A stretch of DNA of 64,000 bases from Candidatus Rokubacteria bacterium CSP1-6 (GTDB taxonomy: Bacteria > Methylomirabilota > Methylomirabilia > Rokubacteriales > CSP1-6). A model generated the notes under the pieces. That model was not told the origin of the DNA, made no database searches, and was given only the letters and a program-made list of their open reading frames with translations. The stretch lies in assembly GCA_001443385.1 (NCBI GenBank), contig LDXP01000003.1, forward strand, positions 33,755 to 97,754, read 5' to 3'. This document shows positions 32,981-42,541 of this stretch, piece by piece. A program made the position numbers and the translations under genes. The stretch's first letter is position 1. Every line of letters starts with the position of its first letter.

Positions 32981-33982
32981 GTGAAGCTCCTGGTCACGGG
33001 GGGTGCCGGCTTCATCGGCTCCCACTTCATCCGCCACATCCTCCGGAAGTACCCCGGCGATTCCGTCGTCAACCTGGACAAGCTCACCTACGCCGGCAAT
33101 CTCGAGAACCTCCGGGACGTGGAGGGCGATTCGCGCTACCGCTTCGTCCGCGGCGACATCTGCGACGGGGCGGCGGTCCGCGAGGCGATGCGCGGCGTGG
33201 ACGCCGTGCTGAATTTCGCGGCCGAAAGTCACGTTGACAGGTCCATCCTGGGAGCGGACGAGTTCTTGAAGACGGACGTGCTGGGGACCTTCACGCTGCT
33301 GGAGGCGGCGCGGGAACTCGGGATTTCCCGCTGCGTGCAGATCTCGACGGACGAGGTCTACGGCTCCATCGAGCGCGGCGCCGCCAAGGAGAGCGCGCCG
33401 CTCCGGCCCTCGAACCCCTACTCGGCGTCGAAGGCCGGCGCGGATCTGCTCGTCAGCGCCTACTGGACGACCCACCGGCTGCCCGTGCTGATCACCCGGA
33501 GCTCGAACAACTTCGGACCGAACCAGTACCCGGAGAAGCTCATCCCCCTGTTCATCACCCACGCGCTGGAGGACCGCCCCCTCCCGCTCTACGGGGACGG
33601 GAAGAACGTGAGGGACTGGCTCTACGTCCGGGACAACTGCGCCGCCATCGATCTGGTGCTCCACGCGGGGGTGCCCGGCGAGGTCTACAACGTCGGGGGC
33701 GGGACGGAGGTGGAGAATATCGTCCTGACGCGCCAGATCCTCCGGCTCCTGGGCAAGCCCGAGAGCCTGATCCAGCCGGTGAAGGACCGCCCCGGCCACG
33801 ACCGCCGCTACGCGCTCGACTGCCACAAGATCCGGGCCCTCGGCTGGAAGCCGGCCCACGAGTTCGGGGCGGCGCTGGCGGAGACGGTGCGCTGGTACCA
33901 GGAGCACGAGGCCTGGTGGCGGCCCATCAAGTCGGGCGAGTTCAAGGCCTATTACGCCAGGCAGTACGCCAGCGGCGCATGA
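32981..33982 (+). CDS. rmlB: dTDP-glucose 4,6-dehydratase
   Basis: SDR fold: GGAGFIGS, YSASK catalytic motif, DEVYG. Confidence 0.9.
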   Translation: MKLLVTGGAGFIGSHFIRHILRKYPGDSVVNLDKLTYAGNLENLRDVEGDSRYRFVRGDICDGAAVREAMRGVDAVLNFAAESHVDRSILGADEFLKTDVLGTFTLLEAARELGISRCVQISTDEVYGSIERGAAKESAPLRPSNPYSASKAGADLLVSAYWTTHRLPVLITRSSNNFGPNQYPEKLIPLFITHALEDRPLPLYGDGKNVRDWLYVRDNCAAIDLVLHAGVPGEVYNVGGGTEVENIVLTRQILRLLGKPESLIQPVKDRPGHDRRYALDCHKIRALGWKPAHEFGAALAETVRWYQEHEAWWRPIKSGEFKAYYARQYASGA

Positions 33983-34830
33983 AGATCCTCATCACGGGCG
34001 CGGGGGGGATGCTGGGCCGGGCGCTCAGGGAAACCCTGAGCCCCGAGCATGACGTCGCGGCCTTCGCCCGCGCTGATCTCGACTTCACCGATCTCGGCGC
34101 GACCCTGGCCGCGCTCGGCCGCGCCCGGCCCCAGGCGGTCATCCACGCGGGGGCGTGGACCGACGTGGACGGCTGCGAGCGCGATCCGGACCGCGCCTGG
34201 CGCGTCAACGCGCTCGGCAGCCGCAACGTCGCCGTGGCCTGTCAGGAAACCGGCGCGGCCTGCTGCTACATCTCCACCGACTACGTGTTCGACGGCGAAA
34301 AGCCCGACCCGTACACCGAGTTCGACGCGCCGAACCCCATCTCGTGCTACAGCGCCTCGAAGCTGGCCGGCGAGCGCTACGTCCAGACCCTGACGCCCCG
34401 CCACTGGATCGTTCGCTCCTCCTGGCTCTTCGGCCCGGGCGGGAAGAACTTCGTGAAGACCATCCTGGCCAAGGCGCGGGCCGGCGAGGAGCTCAGGGTG
34501 GTGGACGACCAGGTCGGCTCGCCCACCTACACTCGCGACCTGGCCCGGGGCGTCTCCCGCCTCATCAGCGCGCCGCACTACGGCGTCTGGCATGTGACGA
34601 ACAGCGGCTCCTGCTCGTGGTACCGCTTTGCCGCCGCGATCGTGGAGAACGCCGGACTCAGGGGCACGCGCCTGGAGCCGATCGGGTCGAAGGACCTCCG
34701 GCGCCCGGCCCCGCGCCCCCGGAACTCGATCCTCAGAAACTACTGCTGGGAGCTCGAGGGGTGGCCGCCGCTCCGCCGGTGGGCCGACGCCCTCCGAGAG
34801 TATCTGGCCCACCCCGACGCGGCGGGGTAG
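33979..34830 (+). CDS. rmlD: dTDP-4-dehydrorhamnose reductase
   Basis: Starts MKILITGAGGMLG with YSASK; ATGA overlap with the rmlB stop. Confidence 0.85.
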   Translation: MKILITGAGGMLGRALRETLSPEHDVAAFARADLDFTDLGATLAALGRARPQAVIHAGAWTDVDGCERDPDRAWRVNALGSRNVAVACQETGAACCYISTDYVFDGEKPDPYTEFDAPNPISCYSASKLAGERYVQTLTPRHWIVRSSWLFGPGGKNFVKTILAKARAGEELRVVDDQVGSPTYTRDLARGVSRLISAPHYGVWHVTNSGSCSWYRFAAAIVENAGLRGTRLEPIGSKDLRRPAPRPRNSILRNYCWELEGWPPLRRWADALREYLAHPDAAG

Positions 34831-34843
34831 ACTAACGGCAGTG

Positions 34844-35875
34844 ATGAAGAGGTCGGTCATGAGACGCATGGCCCCGGCGCTTGTCCTCCTCCTGGCGCTC
34901 CCGCTCGCCCTGGGGGCCGCGCCGCGCGGCACCGAGCAGAAGCCCGATCCCAAGACCGCCCCCGCCGTTCCCTCCTACGTCCAGCGGGTCGAGCCCGCCG
35001 TGGTGGGGATCAAGGTCCAGGTCCCGCGGAACCGCCCGTCGGTCCTGACGCTCGGCCCGGAGCGCTGGGGGAGTGGCGTCATCTTCGACCCCGTGGGCTA
35101 TGCGCTGACCGTGAGCTACGTCCTGCTGGACGCGGGGAGCATCGAAGTGTCCCTGCGCGACGGGCGGACCGTGCCGGGCAAGCTGGTCGGGCTCGATCTG
35201 GAGGTCGGCCTCGGCGTCGTGAAGCTCGACGGGCCGGGGCCGTGGCCCGCGGCGACTGTTGGAGATTCATCGGGCGTCAGCGTCGGCCAGGCGACTGCCA
35301 CCGTCGGGGTGGATGCGGACAACGACCTGGTCGTCACGAGCGGGAGCGTCACGGAGATCCGCAGGTTCGCCGGCTACTGGGAGTACATGCTGGATCGGGC
35401 CTTCGTCGTCTCTCCGTACAACCCGGCCTTCGGGGGAAGCCCGCTGGTGAACGTCAACGGGGAGGTCATCGGAATCACCTCCCTCCGGCTGGGCGAGCGC
35501 CCGGCCGTGAACCTGGCTATTCCCATCGAGAAGTTCCTCCCGGGAAAGGACGAGCTGATCCAGAAGGGCCGGGTCGCGAGCCGGAAGCCGCGGCCTTGGC
35601 TCGGGCTCTACACCCTGCCCGTCGAGAACGGCGGCGTGGTGATCGTGGGCATCTCCCCCGTGGGGCCCGCGGGACGGGCGGGCTTCCAGCGCGGTGACGT
35701 CATCGTGCGCGTCAACGGCGAGAAGGTCGTGAGCCAGGAAGAGTTCTACACCCGGCTCTGGGGGGCCGAGGTCGGCCAGGAGCTCACCGTGGTGGTGCTG
35801 CGCGGCTCGCGCTTCGAGGCCATCACCGTGCGGCCGGCGGACCGCTACCAGTTCTTCCACACCACGGGGCCCTAG
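34844..35875 (+). CDS. Secreted trypsin-fold + PDZ protein, apparently catalytically inactive DegP-like
   Basis: Signal peptide; S1C fold, but the His position reads TVSYVL (Tyr) and the GNSGGPL motif is FGGSPL (the catalytic Ser alignment is lost). Confidence 0.65.
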   Translation: MKRSVMRRMAPALVLLLALPLALGAAPRGTEQKPDPKTAPAVPSYVQRVEPAVVGIKVQVPRNRPSVLTLGPERWGSGVIFDPVGYALTVSYVLLDAGSIEVSLRDGRTVPGKLVGLDLEVGLGVVKLDGPGPWPAATVGDSSGVSVGQATATVGVDADNDLVVTSGSVTEIRRFAGYWEYMLDRAFVVSPYNPAFGGSPLVNVNGEVIGITSLRLGERPAVNLAIPIEKFLPGKDELIQKGRVASRKPRPWLGLYTLPVENGGVVIVGISPVGPAGRAGFQRGDVIVRVNGEKVVSQEEFYTRLWGAEVGQELTVVVLRGSRFEAITVRPADRYQFFHTTGP

Positions 35876-35879
35876 CGGC

Positions 35880-37283
35880 ATGAAAGGGGCGGACACCTAC
35901 CAGGGACGCGGGCTCATCGCCGACCCGATTCACCGCTACATCCTCTACACGCGGCCGGACGGCGTGCCGGGGGAGGCGACCGAGCAGGACCTGATGGACA
36001 CCTCGTGGGTCCAGCGCCTCCGGCGGATCCCGCAGCTCCAGTCGGCGCGCTGGGTGTTCCCCGCCGCCGAGCACAGCCGTTTCCAGCACGCGCTGGGCGC
36101 CATGCACTTGGCCGGCCGGTTCGGCCAGCAGCTTTACCCCTCGCTCAAGGCCGTCTTCCCCGACTGCCCGTCGCCGGCGCTGGTCGAGGAGCTGCTCCGC
36201 ATGGCGGGCCTCCTCCACGACGTGGGCCACGGCCCCTTCGGGCACTTCTTCGACGACAACTTCCTGGTGGACTTCGACCTGACCCACGAGATGGTCGGCC
36301 AGCGCATCATCCGGGAAGAGCTGGGCGACACCATCCGGGGGCTCAGGCGGAGCCCGGCCGGTCCCTTCGCCTCCGGCGAGGAAATCGATCCCGACTGGAT
36401 CTGCTACCTGATGGGGAAAGCCTTCACCCGCCCCGAGGCCGGCCACCCCCGGTGGCTCTCCTTCCTGAAGCCGATCCTCTCGGGCATCTACACCGCGGAC
36501 AACATGGATTACGTGCTCCGCGACTCCTACATGTGCGGCGTGGCGGTGGGCCCCATCGACATCGACCGGATCATCTACTACTCCTTCTTCACCGAGGAGG
36601 GGCTGACCCTGGACCGCGGGGGCACGCAGGCCTTCATTATGTTCCTCAACGCCCGGTTCTACATGTACACCAACGTGTACTACCACCGGACCACGCGCGG
36701 CATCGACCTCCACCTGAAGGAGATCTTTCGCGACACCATGAAGATCGTGTTTCCGTACGACCTGCGGAAGGAGCTCCACCCCTACCTCCACCTGACGGAG
36801 TGGACGCTCCTGGAAGAGGTGGGGCGCTGGCACGACGCGGAGGATGCGGAGCGGAAGGCGCTCGGGGCGGAGTGGCGCCAGATCCTGGACCGGCGGCTCA
36901 AGTGGCGGATGTCCCACGAGGTCGTCCTGGACAAGTACCAGCTCCAGCGCGGGGTGGACTTCGTGAAAGCCGAGGAGGTGGAAGCGCGCGTCCGGGACCG
37001 GCTGCCGGCGCCGCTGAAGCGCTTCCCCTTCAAGATCGACATGGCGCTCCAGGATCCGCGCCCCCTGAACCCGCTGGCGATGGGCGACCGCCAGATCTAC
37101 ATTTACGACTCGGCCACCCGGCAGGTCTCCAAGGAGCGGCTCACGGAGTTGTTCCGGTATCTCCCGGGGAAGGTGGCCCAGTGCCGGATTTTCGCGGCGA
37201 GCCACGAGCACGACAGAGACCTCGCCCAGGCCCTGGAGCAGGCGCTGGGCGAGGACGCCCCCGCCATCCCCACCAACGTGTGA
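35880..37283 (+). CDS. HD-domain dNTP triphosphohydrolase (dGTPase/SAMHD1-like)
   Basis: HD motifs HSRFQHALG...LLHDVGHGPFGH...DNMDYVLRDSYMCG; 467 aa. Confidence 0.75.
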   Translation: MKGADTYQGRGLIADPIHRYILYTRPDGVPGEATEQDLMDTSWVQRLRRIPQLQSARWVFPAAEHSRFQHALGAMHLAGRFGQQLYPSLKAVFPDCPSPALVEELLRMAGLLHDVGHGPFGHFFDDNFLVDFDLTHEMVGQRIIREELGDTIRGLRRSPAGPFASGEEIDPDWICYLMGKAFTRPEAGHPRWLSFLKPILSGIYTADNMDYVLRDSYMCGVAVGPIDIDRIIYYSFFTEEGLTLDRGGTQAFIMFLNARFYMYTNVYYHRTTRGIDLHLKEIFRDTMKIVFPYDLRKELHPYLHLTEWTLLEEVGRWHDAEDAERKALGAEWRQILDRRLKWRMSHEVVLDKYQLQRGVDFVKAEEVEARVRDRLPAPLKRFPFKIDMALQDPRPLNPLAMGDRQIYIYDSATRQVSKERLTELFRYLPGKVAQCRIFAASHEHDRDLAQALEQALGEDAPAIPTNV

Positions 37284-37299
37284 GACGGTCTCCCTCCCC

Positions 37300-37851
37300 G
37301 TGACACGCCGTCGCAAAGGTCCCGATCTTCGTTCCATCAAAGGGCGGATCGCCGAGGCACTCGTCGAATCCATGTTCAGGAGAGCCCTCTACCGGATGAC
37401 GCGGTTCGGGAGGGAGCGCGACCTGCGGGGGATGCTCAAGCTCGGTAAGGACGACGATTTCGTCCCGGATTTCTTGGTGCTGAAGGAGAATCTGGGCAGT
37501 CGCGACGCGCCGCGCGTGTACGGGACCTTCATGATCGAGGTGAAGTACCGGGCGGACCTGCCGCGCTACCTGGCGCTCCAGGAGCGTGGAGGGGCAAAAA
37601 GCCTGCTGGCAAAGAGCAAGGCGAAGTGGCCCAACCTCTACGTGATCTTCGTCACCGATCGTCCCGGAGAGGGGCGCTCGTGCTTCCAGGCGCTCGATGT
37701 CAGCGCGTACGAACCCGGTGGGCCGGTCGCGACGCGCCCGCTGTACGAAATGCAGGCGCTGGATATCTATCCGAATAATGTGATAGAGCATGAGGAGCTG
37801 ACGAGGCAGCTGTTTGGCCTCCTCGCGTCCCTGTCGGCGCCCTCACGCTGA
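37300..37851 (+). CDS. Hypothetical PD-(D/E)xK / NERD-like nuclease-fold protein
   Basis: GRIAEALVE...DFVPDFLVLKE...GTFMIEVKYR matches the D...E-x-K motif spacing of the restriction-endonuclease fold. Start (GTG 37300) uncertain. Confidence 0.45.
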   Translation: MTRRRKGPDLRSIKGRIAEALVESMFRRALYRMTRFGRERDLRGMLKLGKDDDFVPDFLVLKENLGSRDAPRVYGTFMIEVKYRADLPRYLALQERGGAKSLLAKSKAKWPNLYVIFVTDRPGEGRSCFQALDVSAYEPGGPVATRPLYEMQALDIYPNNVIEHEELTRQLFGLLASLSAPSR

Positions 37852-39630
37852 CGATCCGCGTGCCTTCTTGGGTCGGTCCAGCCCTTTGACGATTTGGGAC
37901 CGGATCAGCCGGGGCAGCATCATGTGGTGATGGGGGCAGATGGACTGCGGATTCTGATAGGCGGAGCCGGCGAAGGCGACCATGTAGCGGCGGAGCTCCT
38001 CGAAGCGCACGACCTCGTCCACGAATCCACGCTTGGCGCAGTAGATCGGCCGGGACTGCTCGCGGTACTGCCTGGCCAGCGCGTTCATCTGATCGATGAC
38101 CGGCTTCAGCGGTCGCCCGGCCGCCTTCTCCTTGACGAGCCGCCGGGAGAACGAGGCGACCGCGGCCGTTTCCCCGTGCATGACGTAGATCTCGCTGGTG
38201 GGCGTGCCGAGCGTGAACGCGTTGTGGTTGTTGGCGGTGGGGCCACCCATGATGTAGTGGGCGGCGGCCGTGCCTTTCCGGAGCACCACGAGCATCATCG
38301 GCAGATCGGTCTGCTCGATGGAGTAGATCAGTGATTGGCCCAGGCCGAGCAGCTCGGCCTTCTCGGCGGTGTCCCCGACGTCGATCCCGGTCGTGTCCTG
38401 AAACCAGATGATCGGTACCCGGTCCCGCCCGCAGTGGGTCACGAACTCGTTCATCTTGATCAGGCCCTGCCGATAGAGCTTGCCCCCGATGCCGATGTAC
38501 TCGGCGGTGTACTCCGGATAGTTGGTCCCCAGAAGGCCCTGGCGGTTGCCGATCACCCCGACCAGGAACCCGTCGACCTTGACGAGACCGGTGTACACTT
38601 CCGGGCCGAAGCCCGGCCGGAACTCCAGGTGCTCGCTTCCATCCACCAGGCGGGCCAGCGCGTCTTCGATGCTGTAGACGGCCTTCGGGTTGAGGGGGAC
38701 GATCGAGGCGAGGTCCGAGAGCGGATACTTCGGCTCGGCTGGCGCGGCGACCCGGAAGAACTTCGGGTGATACGCCGGGATCTGGGCCATGCACTCCTTG
38801 AGCGCATCGAGAACCTCGGTCTCCTTCTCGAACACGGCCCCGAAGAAGCCGGTGGAGTCGTAGTGAATGTGGGCGCTCCCCGGGGGAACTTCCTTGAAAC
38901 GGCGCGCGGCCTCGATGATCTGTTCCGCCCCGGATTCGTCGAACGAGCCCTTGGGGCTCATGCCGCTGACGATCCCTCCGCCCCCGACGGCCATGTTGGC
39001 GTTCTTGTGGGCGAACAGGATCGTCGGGCTGATGCTCTGATAGCCCCCGCCGGCCGGATTCGTCCCGTAGATCCCGGCCAGGACCGGGATGCCGAGTTTC
39101 TCCAGCTCGGCGTGCCGGAAAAACGTGGTGCCGCCGCCTCTGCGGTCGGGATAGACCTCATCCTGTTGCGTCAGCTTGACCCCGGAGCAATTGACCAGCC
39201 AGACCAGGGGCACCCGGAGACGCTTGGCCAGGTCGGTGACCCGCAGGTTGTTGTCGGCCTGCCCGGCCAGCCACGCCCCGGCCATGACCTTGTTGTCGAA
39301 CCCGATGAGGACGCACCACTTGCCGCCGATCCGGGCCAGCCCATCCACGACCCCGGTCGTGCCTTCCTCGTTCTGGCGCGGATTGAAGAGGGTGTGCAGG
39401 GGGCAGAACGTCCCGGGATCCACGAGGTACTCGATCCGGTCCCAGACCGTCAGCTCGCCCCGCTCGTGGACCTTCTCGGCGGGCAGCCCCGCGCTCTTCA
39501 CGCGGCTCACCTCGGCGTCCAGCTCCTTGAGCACGGCCGCGATCTGGTCGCGGTTTTCGGCCATCTCCTCGATCTCGGCCCGTTTGAGCGGCTTGCCGAG
39601 AGCATCCATCTTCTCGAAGTACGGGCGCAT
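37843..39630 (-). CDS. gcdA: Glutaconyl-CoA decarboxylase alpha subunit (carboxyltransferase)
   Basis: Two-domain acyl-CoA carboxyltransferase sequence (MRPYFEKMDALGKPL...); ATG 39630 after GGAGGGG. The rest of the 895-aa track ORF is an out-of-frame overlap. Confidence 0.75.
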   Translation of the reverse strand: MRPYFEKMDALGKPLKRAEIEEMAENRDQIAAVLKELDAEVSRVKSAGLPAEKVHERGELTVWDRIEYLVDPGTFCPLHTLFNPRQNEEGTTGVVDGLARIGGKWCVLIGFDNKVMAGAWLAGQADNNLRVTDLAKRLRVPLVWLVNCSGVKLTQQDEVYPDRRGGGTTFFRHAELEKLGIPVLAGIYGTNPAGGGYQSISPTILFAHKNANMAVGGGGIVSGMSPKGSFDESGAEQIIEAARRFKEVPPGSAHIHYDSTGFFGAVFEKETEVLDALKECMAQIPAYHPKFFRVAAPAEPKYPLSDLASIVPLNPKAVYSIEDALARLVDGSEHLEFRPGFGPEVYTGLVKVDGFLVGVIGNRQGLLGTNYPEYTAEYIGIGGKLYRQGLIKMNEFVTHCGRDRVPIIWFQDTTGIDVGDTAEKAELLGLGQSLIYSIEQTDLPMMLVVLRKGTAAAHYIMGGPTANNHNAFTLGTPTSEIYVMHGETAAVASFSRRLVKEKAAGRPLKPVIDQMNALARQYREQSRPIYCAKRGFVDEVVRFEELRRYMVAFAGSAYQNPQSICPHHHMMLPRLIRSQIVKGLDRPKKARGSSA

Positions 39631-39647
39631 ACGCCGTTCCCCTCCGC

Positions 39648-40811
39648 TTACCGGTTCGCTTTGCGATAGCCGAGCTGATCCAGCGCGATGATCGATTTGC
39701 AGATGTTGGCCGAGCCCTCGACCATGAAGTAGGTCGGTGCGTCCCGGTAATAGCGGGCGACGGGATACTCGGTCGAGTAGCCATAGGCGCCGAGGATGCG
39801 CATGGCGTAGTTGGCGGCCTTTGTCACCACCTCGCCGGCCAGGTATTTCGCCTGGGCCACTTCCAGCGTGTTCCCCAGGTTGCCCTGATCCTTCTGCCAG
39901 GCCGCCCGGTAGACCATCAGCCGGGCCGCCTCGATCTCGCTGACCATCTGCGCCACCATGTCCTGGTTCATCTGGAACTGGCCGATCGGCTGCCCGAACT
40001 GCTCCCGCTCGTTGCAGTACTTGGTCACCTGATCCAGGCACGCCTGGGCGAGGCCGACCGCGCCTGCGGCCGCCGAGAGGCGAGTCTGGTCGAGCGAGCC
40101 GAAGACGATCCTGGTCCCGTCGCCCGGCTTGCCGAGGATGTTCTCTTTGGGGATTCGCACGTTCGTCAGCGTGATCTCCCCGGTGGGCGACAAATGCGAC
40201 CCCAGCTTGTCCAGATCGGAGGTGGTGACCCCATCGACGTTCTTGAGCTCGACGACGAACGCGGAGAGCCCCTTGCCGCGCGCGCCTCGGTCCGTGTAGG
40301 CGTAGTAGATGACCACGTCGGCGAGGGGCGCGTTGGAGATCCACGTCTTCGATCCATTCAGGAGCCAGTGGTCTTCCTTGTCCGTGGCGGTGGATCGCAG
40401 GGCCATCACATCGGAACCCGCGGTGGGCTCGGTGATGGCGAACCCCCCCATAGAGTCCGCGCTGACCAGCCTGGGGATGTACTTCCGCCTGAGTGCCTCG
40501 GACCCGTACCGAAGAATCGGAAACGCGCACCCCACCGCTTGCATGTTGATCTGGACGCGGAGGGAGCTGCAGGCGCGGCCAATCTCTTCGGACAAGATCA
40601 TGGTCGCGAGCCAGCCCATATTGTTTCCCCCGTACTCCTCGGGGATCACCGTGCCGAAGAAGCCCAGCTGCGCCATGGGCTTGATGACTTCCTCATAGGG
40701 GAAATAGTGCTCTTCGTCCCACTTCTTGACGAACGGCGCGATCTTTTCAGCGCCGAAGTCCCGGGCGATTTGCACGAGGGCTTTCAGTTCGGCAGACAAC
40801 TCGAAAGACAT
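39648..40811 (-). CDS. Acyl-CoA dehydrogenase, likely glutaryl-CoA dehydrogenase
   Basis: ACAD fold (387 aa) with a C-terminal catalytic-base region; adjacent to gcdA as in anaerobic glutaryl-CoA pathways. Confidence 0.75.
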   Translation of the reverse strand: MSFELSAELKALVQIARDFGAEKIAPFVKKWDEEHYFPYEEVIKPMAQLGFFGTVIPEEYGGNNMGWLATMILSEEIGRACSSLRVQINMQAVGCAFPILRYGSEALRRKYIPRLVSADSMGGFAITEPTAGSDVMALRSTATDKEDHWLLNGSKTWISNAPLADVVIYYAYTDRGARGKGLSAFVVELKNVDGVTTSDLDKLGSHLSPTGEITLTNVRIPKENILGKPGDGTRIVFGSLDQTRLSAAAGAVGLAQACLDQVTKYCNEREQFGQPIGQFQMNQDMVAQMVSEIEAARLMVYRAAWQKDQGNLGNTLEVAQAKYLAGEVVTKAANYAMRILGAYGYSTEYPVARYYRDAPTYFMVEGSANICKSIIALDQLGYRKANR

Positions 40812-41023
40812 ATCCTCGGTCCTCCCGGTTCGCGTGTCCGCCAAGGGCGGTATGATAATACCACGGCGACGGAAGGCAAACGATCCGGAGCTTGCGAGGG
40901 CGTCGAGTTTGACTGGCTGGCCCGCGCGTGGTACGGTGCCGCGGAGCCTCGACAGACCGATTGACGCCGGTGCGAAACTACGGGGCCAAGTACGGAAGCC
41001 CAGAAAAGAGGAGGGAGGACGCA

Positions 41024-41251
41024 ATGGCTGAACACATTGTCGAGGCTCCCGCGCCAGGGAAAATACTCCGGGTTCACGTCGAAGAGGGAAAGCGCGTGGC
41101 CGCGGGAGACCGCATCTGCGTCCTCGAGGCGTTGAAGATGGAACTCCCCATAGTGGCCCCGGTGGGCGGCACGGTCAAGGCGCTCCATATGTCCCCCGGC
41201 CAGACTGTCGAGGCTGGGGATCCGCTGGCCGTCATCGAGGCGTCACCCTAG
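41024..41251 (+). CDS. gcdC: Biotin carboxyl carrier subunit of Na+-translocating decarboxylase
   Basis: Biotinyl domain with EALKMELP (biotinyl-Lys); ATG after AGGAGGGAGG. Confidence 0.75.
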   Translation: MAEHIVEAPAPGKILRVHVEEGKRVAAGDRICVLEALKMELPIVAPVGGTVKALHMSPGQTVEAGDPLAVIEASP

Positions 41252-41294
41252 GATCCCTTGGTGCTCAAAGCCACCTGGTTCGTCCTGGCCGGCC

Positions 41295-41411
41295 ATGGCC
41301 ATCGTCTTCGCCACGTTGAGCCTCCTCGTCCTGGTGATGACCGCCCTGAACCGCTGGCTCAGGCCCAAGCCGGAGGCCAGAGCCCAAGCGACAAGGGGGG
41401 GGGATGTTTGA
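41295..41411 (+). CDS. Small membrane anchor subunit (OadG/GcdD-like) of Na+-translocating decarboxylase
   Basis: 38-aa ORF MAIVFATLSLLVLVMTALNRWLRPKPE..., absent from the track; the ATGTTTGA overlap couples it to the gcdB start. Confidence 0.5.
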   Translation: MAIVFATLSLLVLVMTALNRWLRPKPEARAQATRGGDV

Positions 41412-42540
41412 AGGCGAGCTTCTGGGCGTTTTCGCCCTGACCTGGCAGGCCGCCGTCATGCTCGGGCTCGGCGGCCTCCTCATCTATCTGGGTATCGCCA
41501 AGCAGGTGGAGCCGGTGCTCCTCGTTCCCATCGGAATGGGAGTCATCCTGGCGAACGTCCCCCTCGGCGGGCTCACCGAAGCGGGTGGCCTCCTCGCCGT
41601 GCTGAGGAAAGCCGGCATCGACACGCAGCTCTTTCCTCTCCTCATCTTCATCGGGGTGGGAGCCATGATCGATTTCGGCTCCCTGCTGGAGCGTCCGTAC
41701 ACCGTCTTCCTGGGCGCAGCCGCCCAATTCGGGATCTTCGGCACGTTCTTCCTGGCCTACTTCCTGGGCGATGGCGGCCTCCGCCTCTTCGACTTCAGCT
41801 TCAACGATGCGATCTCGATCGGCATCATCGGCTCCGCCGACGGCCCCACTTCCATCTACGTTGCCACGATGCTTGGCTCCAAGTACACGCCCGCCATCGT
41901 GGTGGCGGCTTACTCCTATATGGCCCTGGTGCCCATCATCCAGCCGCCCATCATGCGGGCGCTCACGACAGAAGCGGAGCGGCGGCTTGCGATGCCCACT
42001 CGAGCGCAGAAAGTGTCCCGGCGCACCCGCGTCTTGTTCCCGATCGTGACCATCCTCGTCGTGGGACTCATCGCTCCCAAGGCCACTCCCCTGATCGGTA
42101 CCCTCATGTTCGGCAACCTCCTGAGGGAGTCGAGAGTGCTCGAACGGCTCTCGCAAGCGGCCCAGAACGAGATGGCCAACATCGTCACGATCCTCCTCGG
42201 GCTCACCGTGGGGGGCATGATGGTGGCTCGGGACTTCCTGCGGCTGGAAACGATCATGATCTACGTCATGGGGGTCGTGGCCTTCGCCCTGGGCACGGCC
42301 GCCGGGCTGATTCTTGGCAAAGGGATGTATCTCGCCTCCGGGAAGAGGATCAACCCCCTGATCGGGGCGGCTGGGATTTCCGCCTTCCCCATGTGTGCGC
42401 GCGTCGTCCAGAGGGTGGGACTCGAAGCCAACCCGCAGAACCATCTGCTCATGCACGCGGCGGGAGCCAACACGGCCGGCCAGATCGCCTCAGTGGTGGC
42501 CGGGGGCGCCGCGCTGGTGCTCGCGCCGTTCTTCGCCTAG
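41404..42540 (+). CDS. gcdB: Na+-translocating decarboxylase beta subunit (OadB/GcdB family)
   Basis: Polytopic membrane protein (378 aa) with the conserved OadB sequence. Confidence 0.85.
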   Translation: MFEGELLGVFALTWQAAVMLGLGGLLIYLGIAKQVEPVLLVPIGMGVILANVPLGGLTEAGGLLAVLRKAGIDTQLFPLLIFIGVGAMIDFGSLLERPYTVFLGAAAQFGIFGTFFLAYFLGDGGLRLFDFSFNDAISIGIIGSADGPTSIYVATMLGSKYTPAIVVAAYSYMALVPIIQPPIMRALTTEAERRLAMPTRAQKVSRRTRVLFPIVTILVVGLIAPKATPLIGTLMFGNLLRESRVLERLSQAAQNEMANIVTILLGLTVGGMMVARDFLRLETIMIYVMGVVAFALGTAAGLILGKGMYLASGKRINPLIGAAGISAFPMCARVVQRVGLEANPQNHLLMHAAGANTAGQIASVVAGGAALVLAPFFA

Positions 42541-42541
42541 T

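Noticed and set aside
37843-40530. 895-aa ORF
   Set aside because: Only 37843..39630 (gcdA) is real. The N-terminal part overlaps the acyl-CoA dehydrogenase gene in another frame.
41258-41440. 60-aa plus-strand ORF
   Set aside because: Wrong frame. The other frame encodes a 38-aa TM peptide (41295..41411) typical of the decarboxylase membrane anchor subunit.
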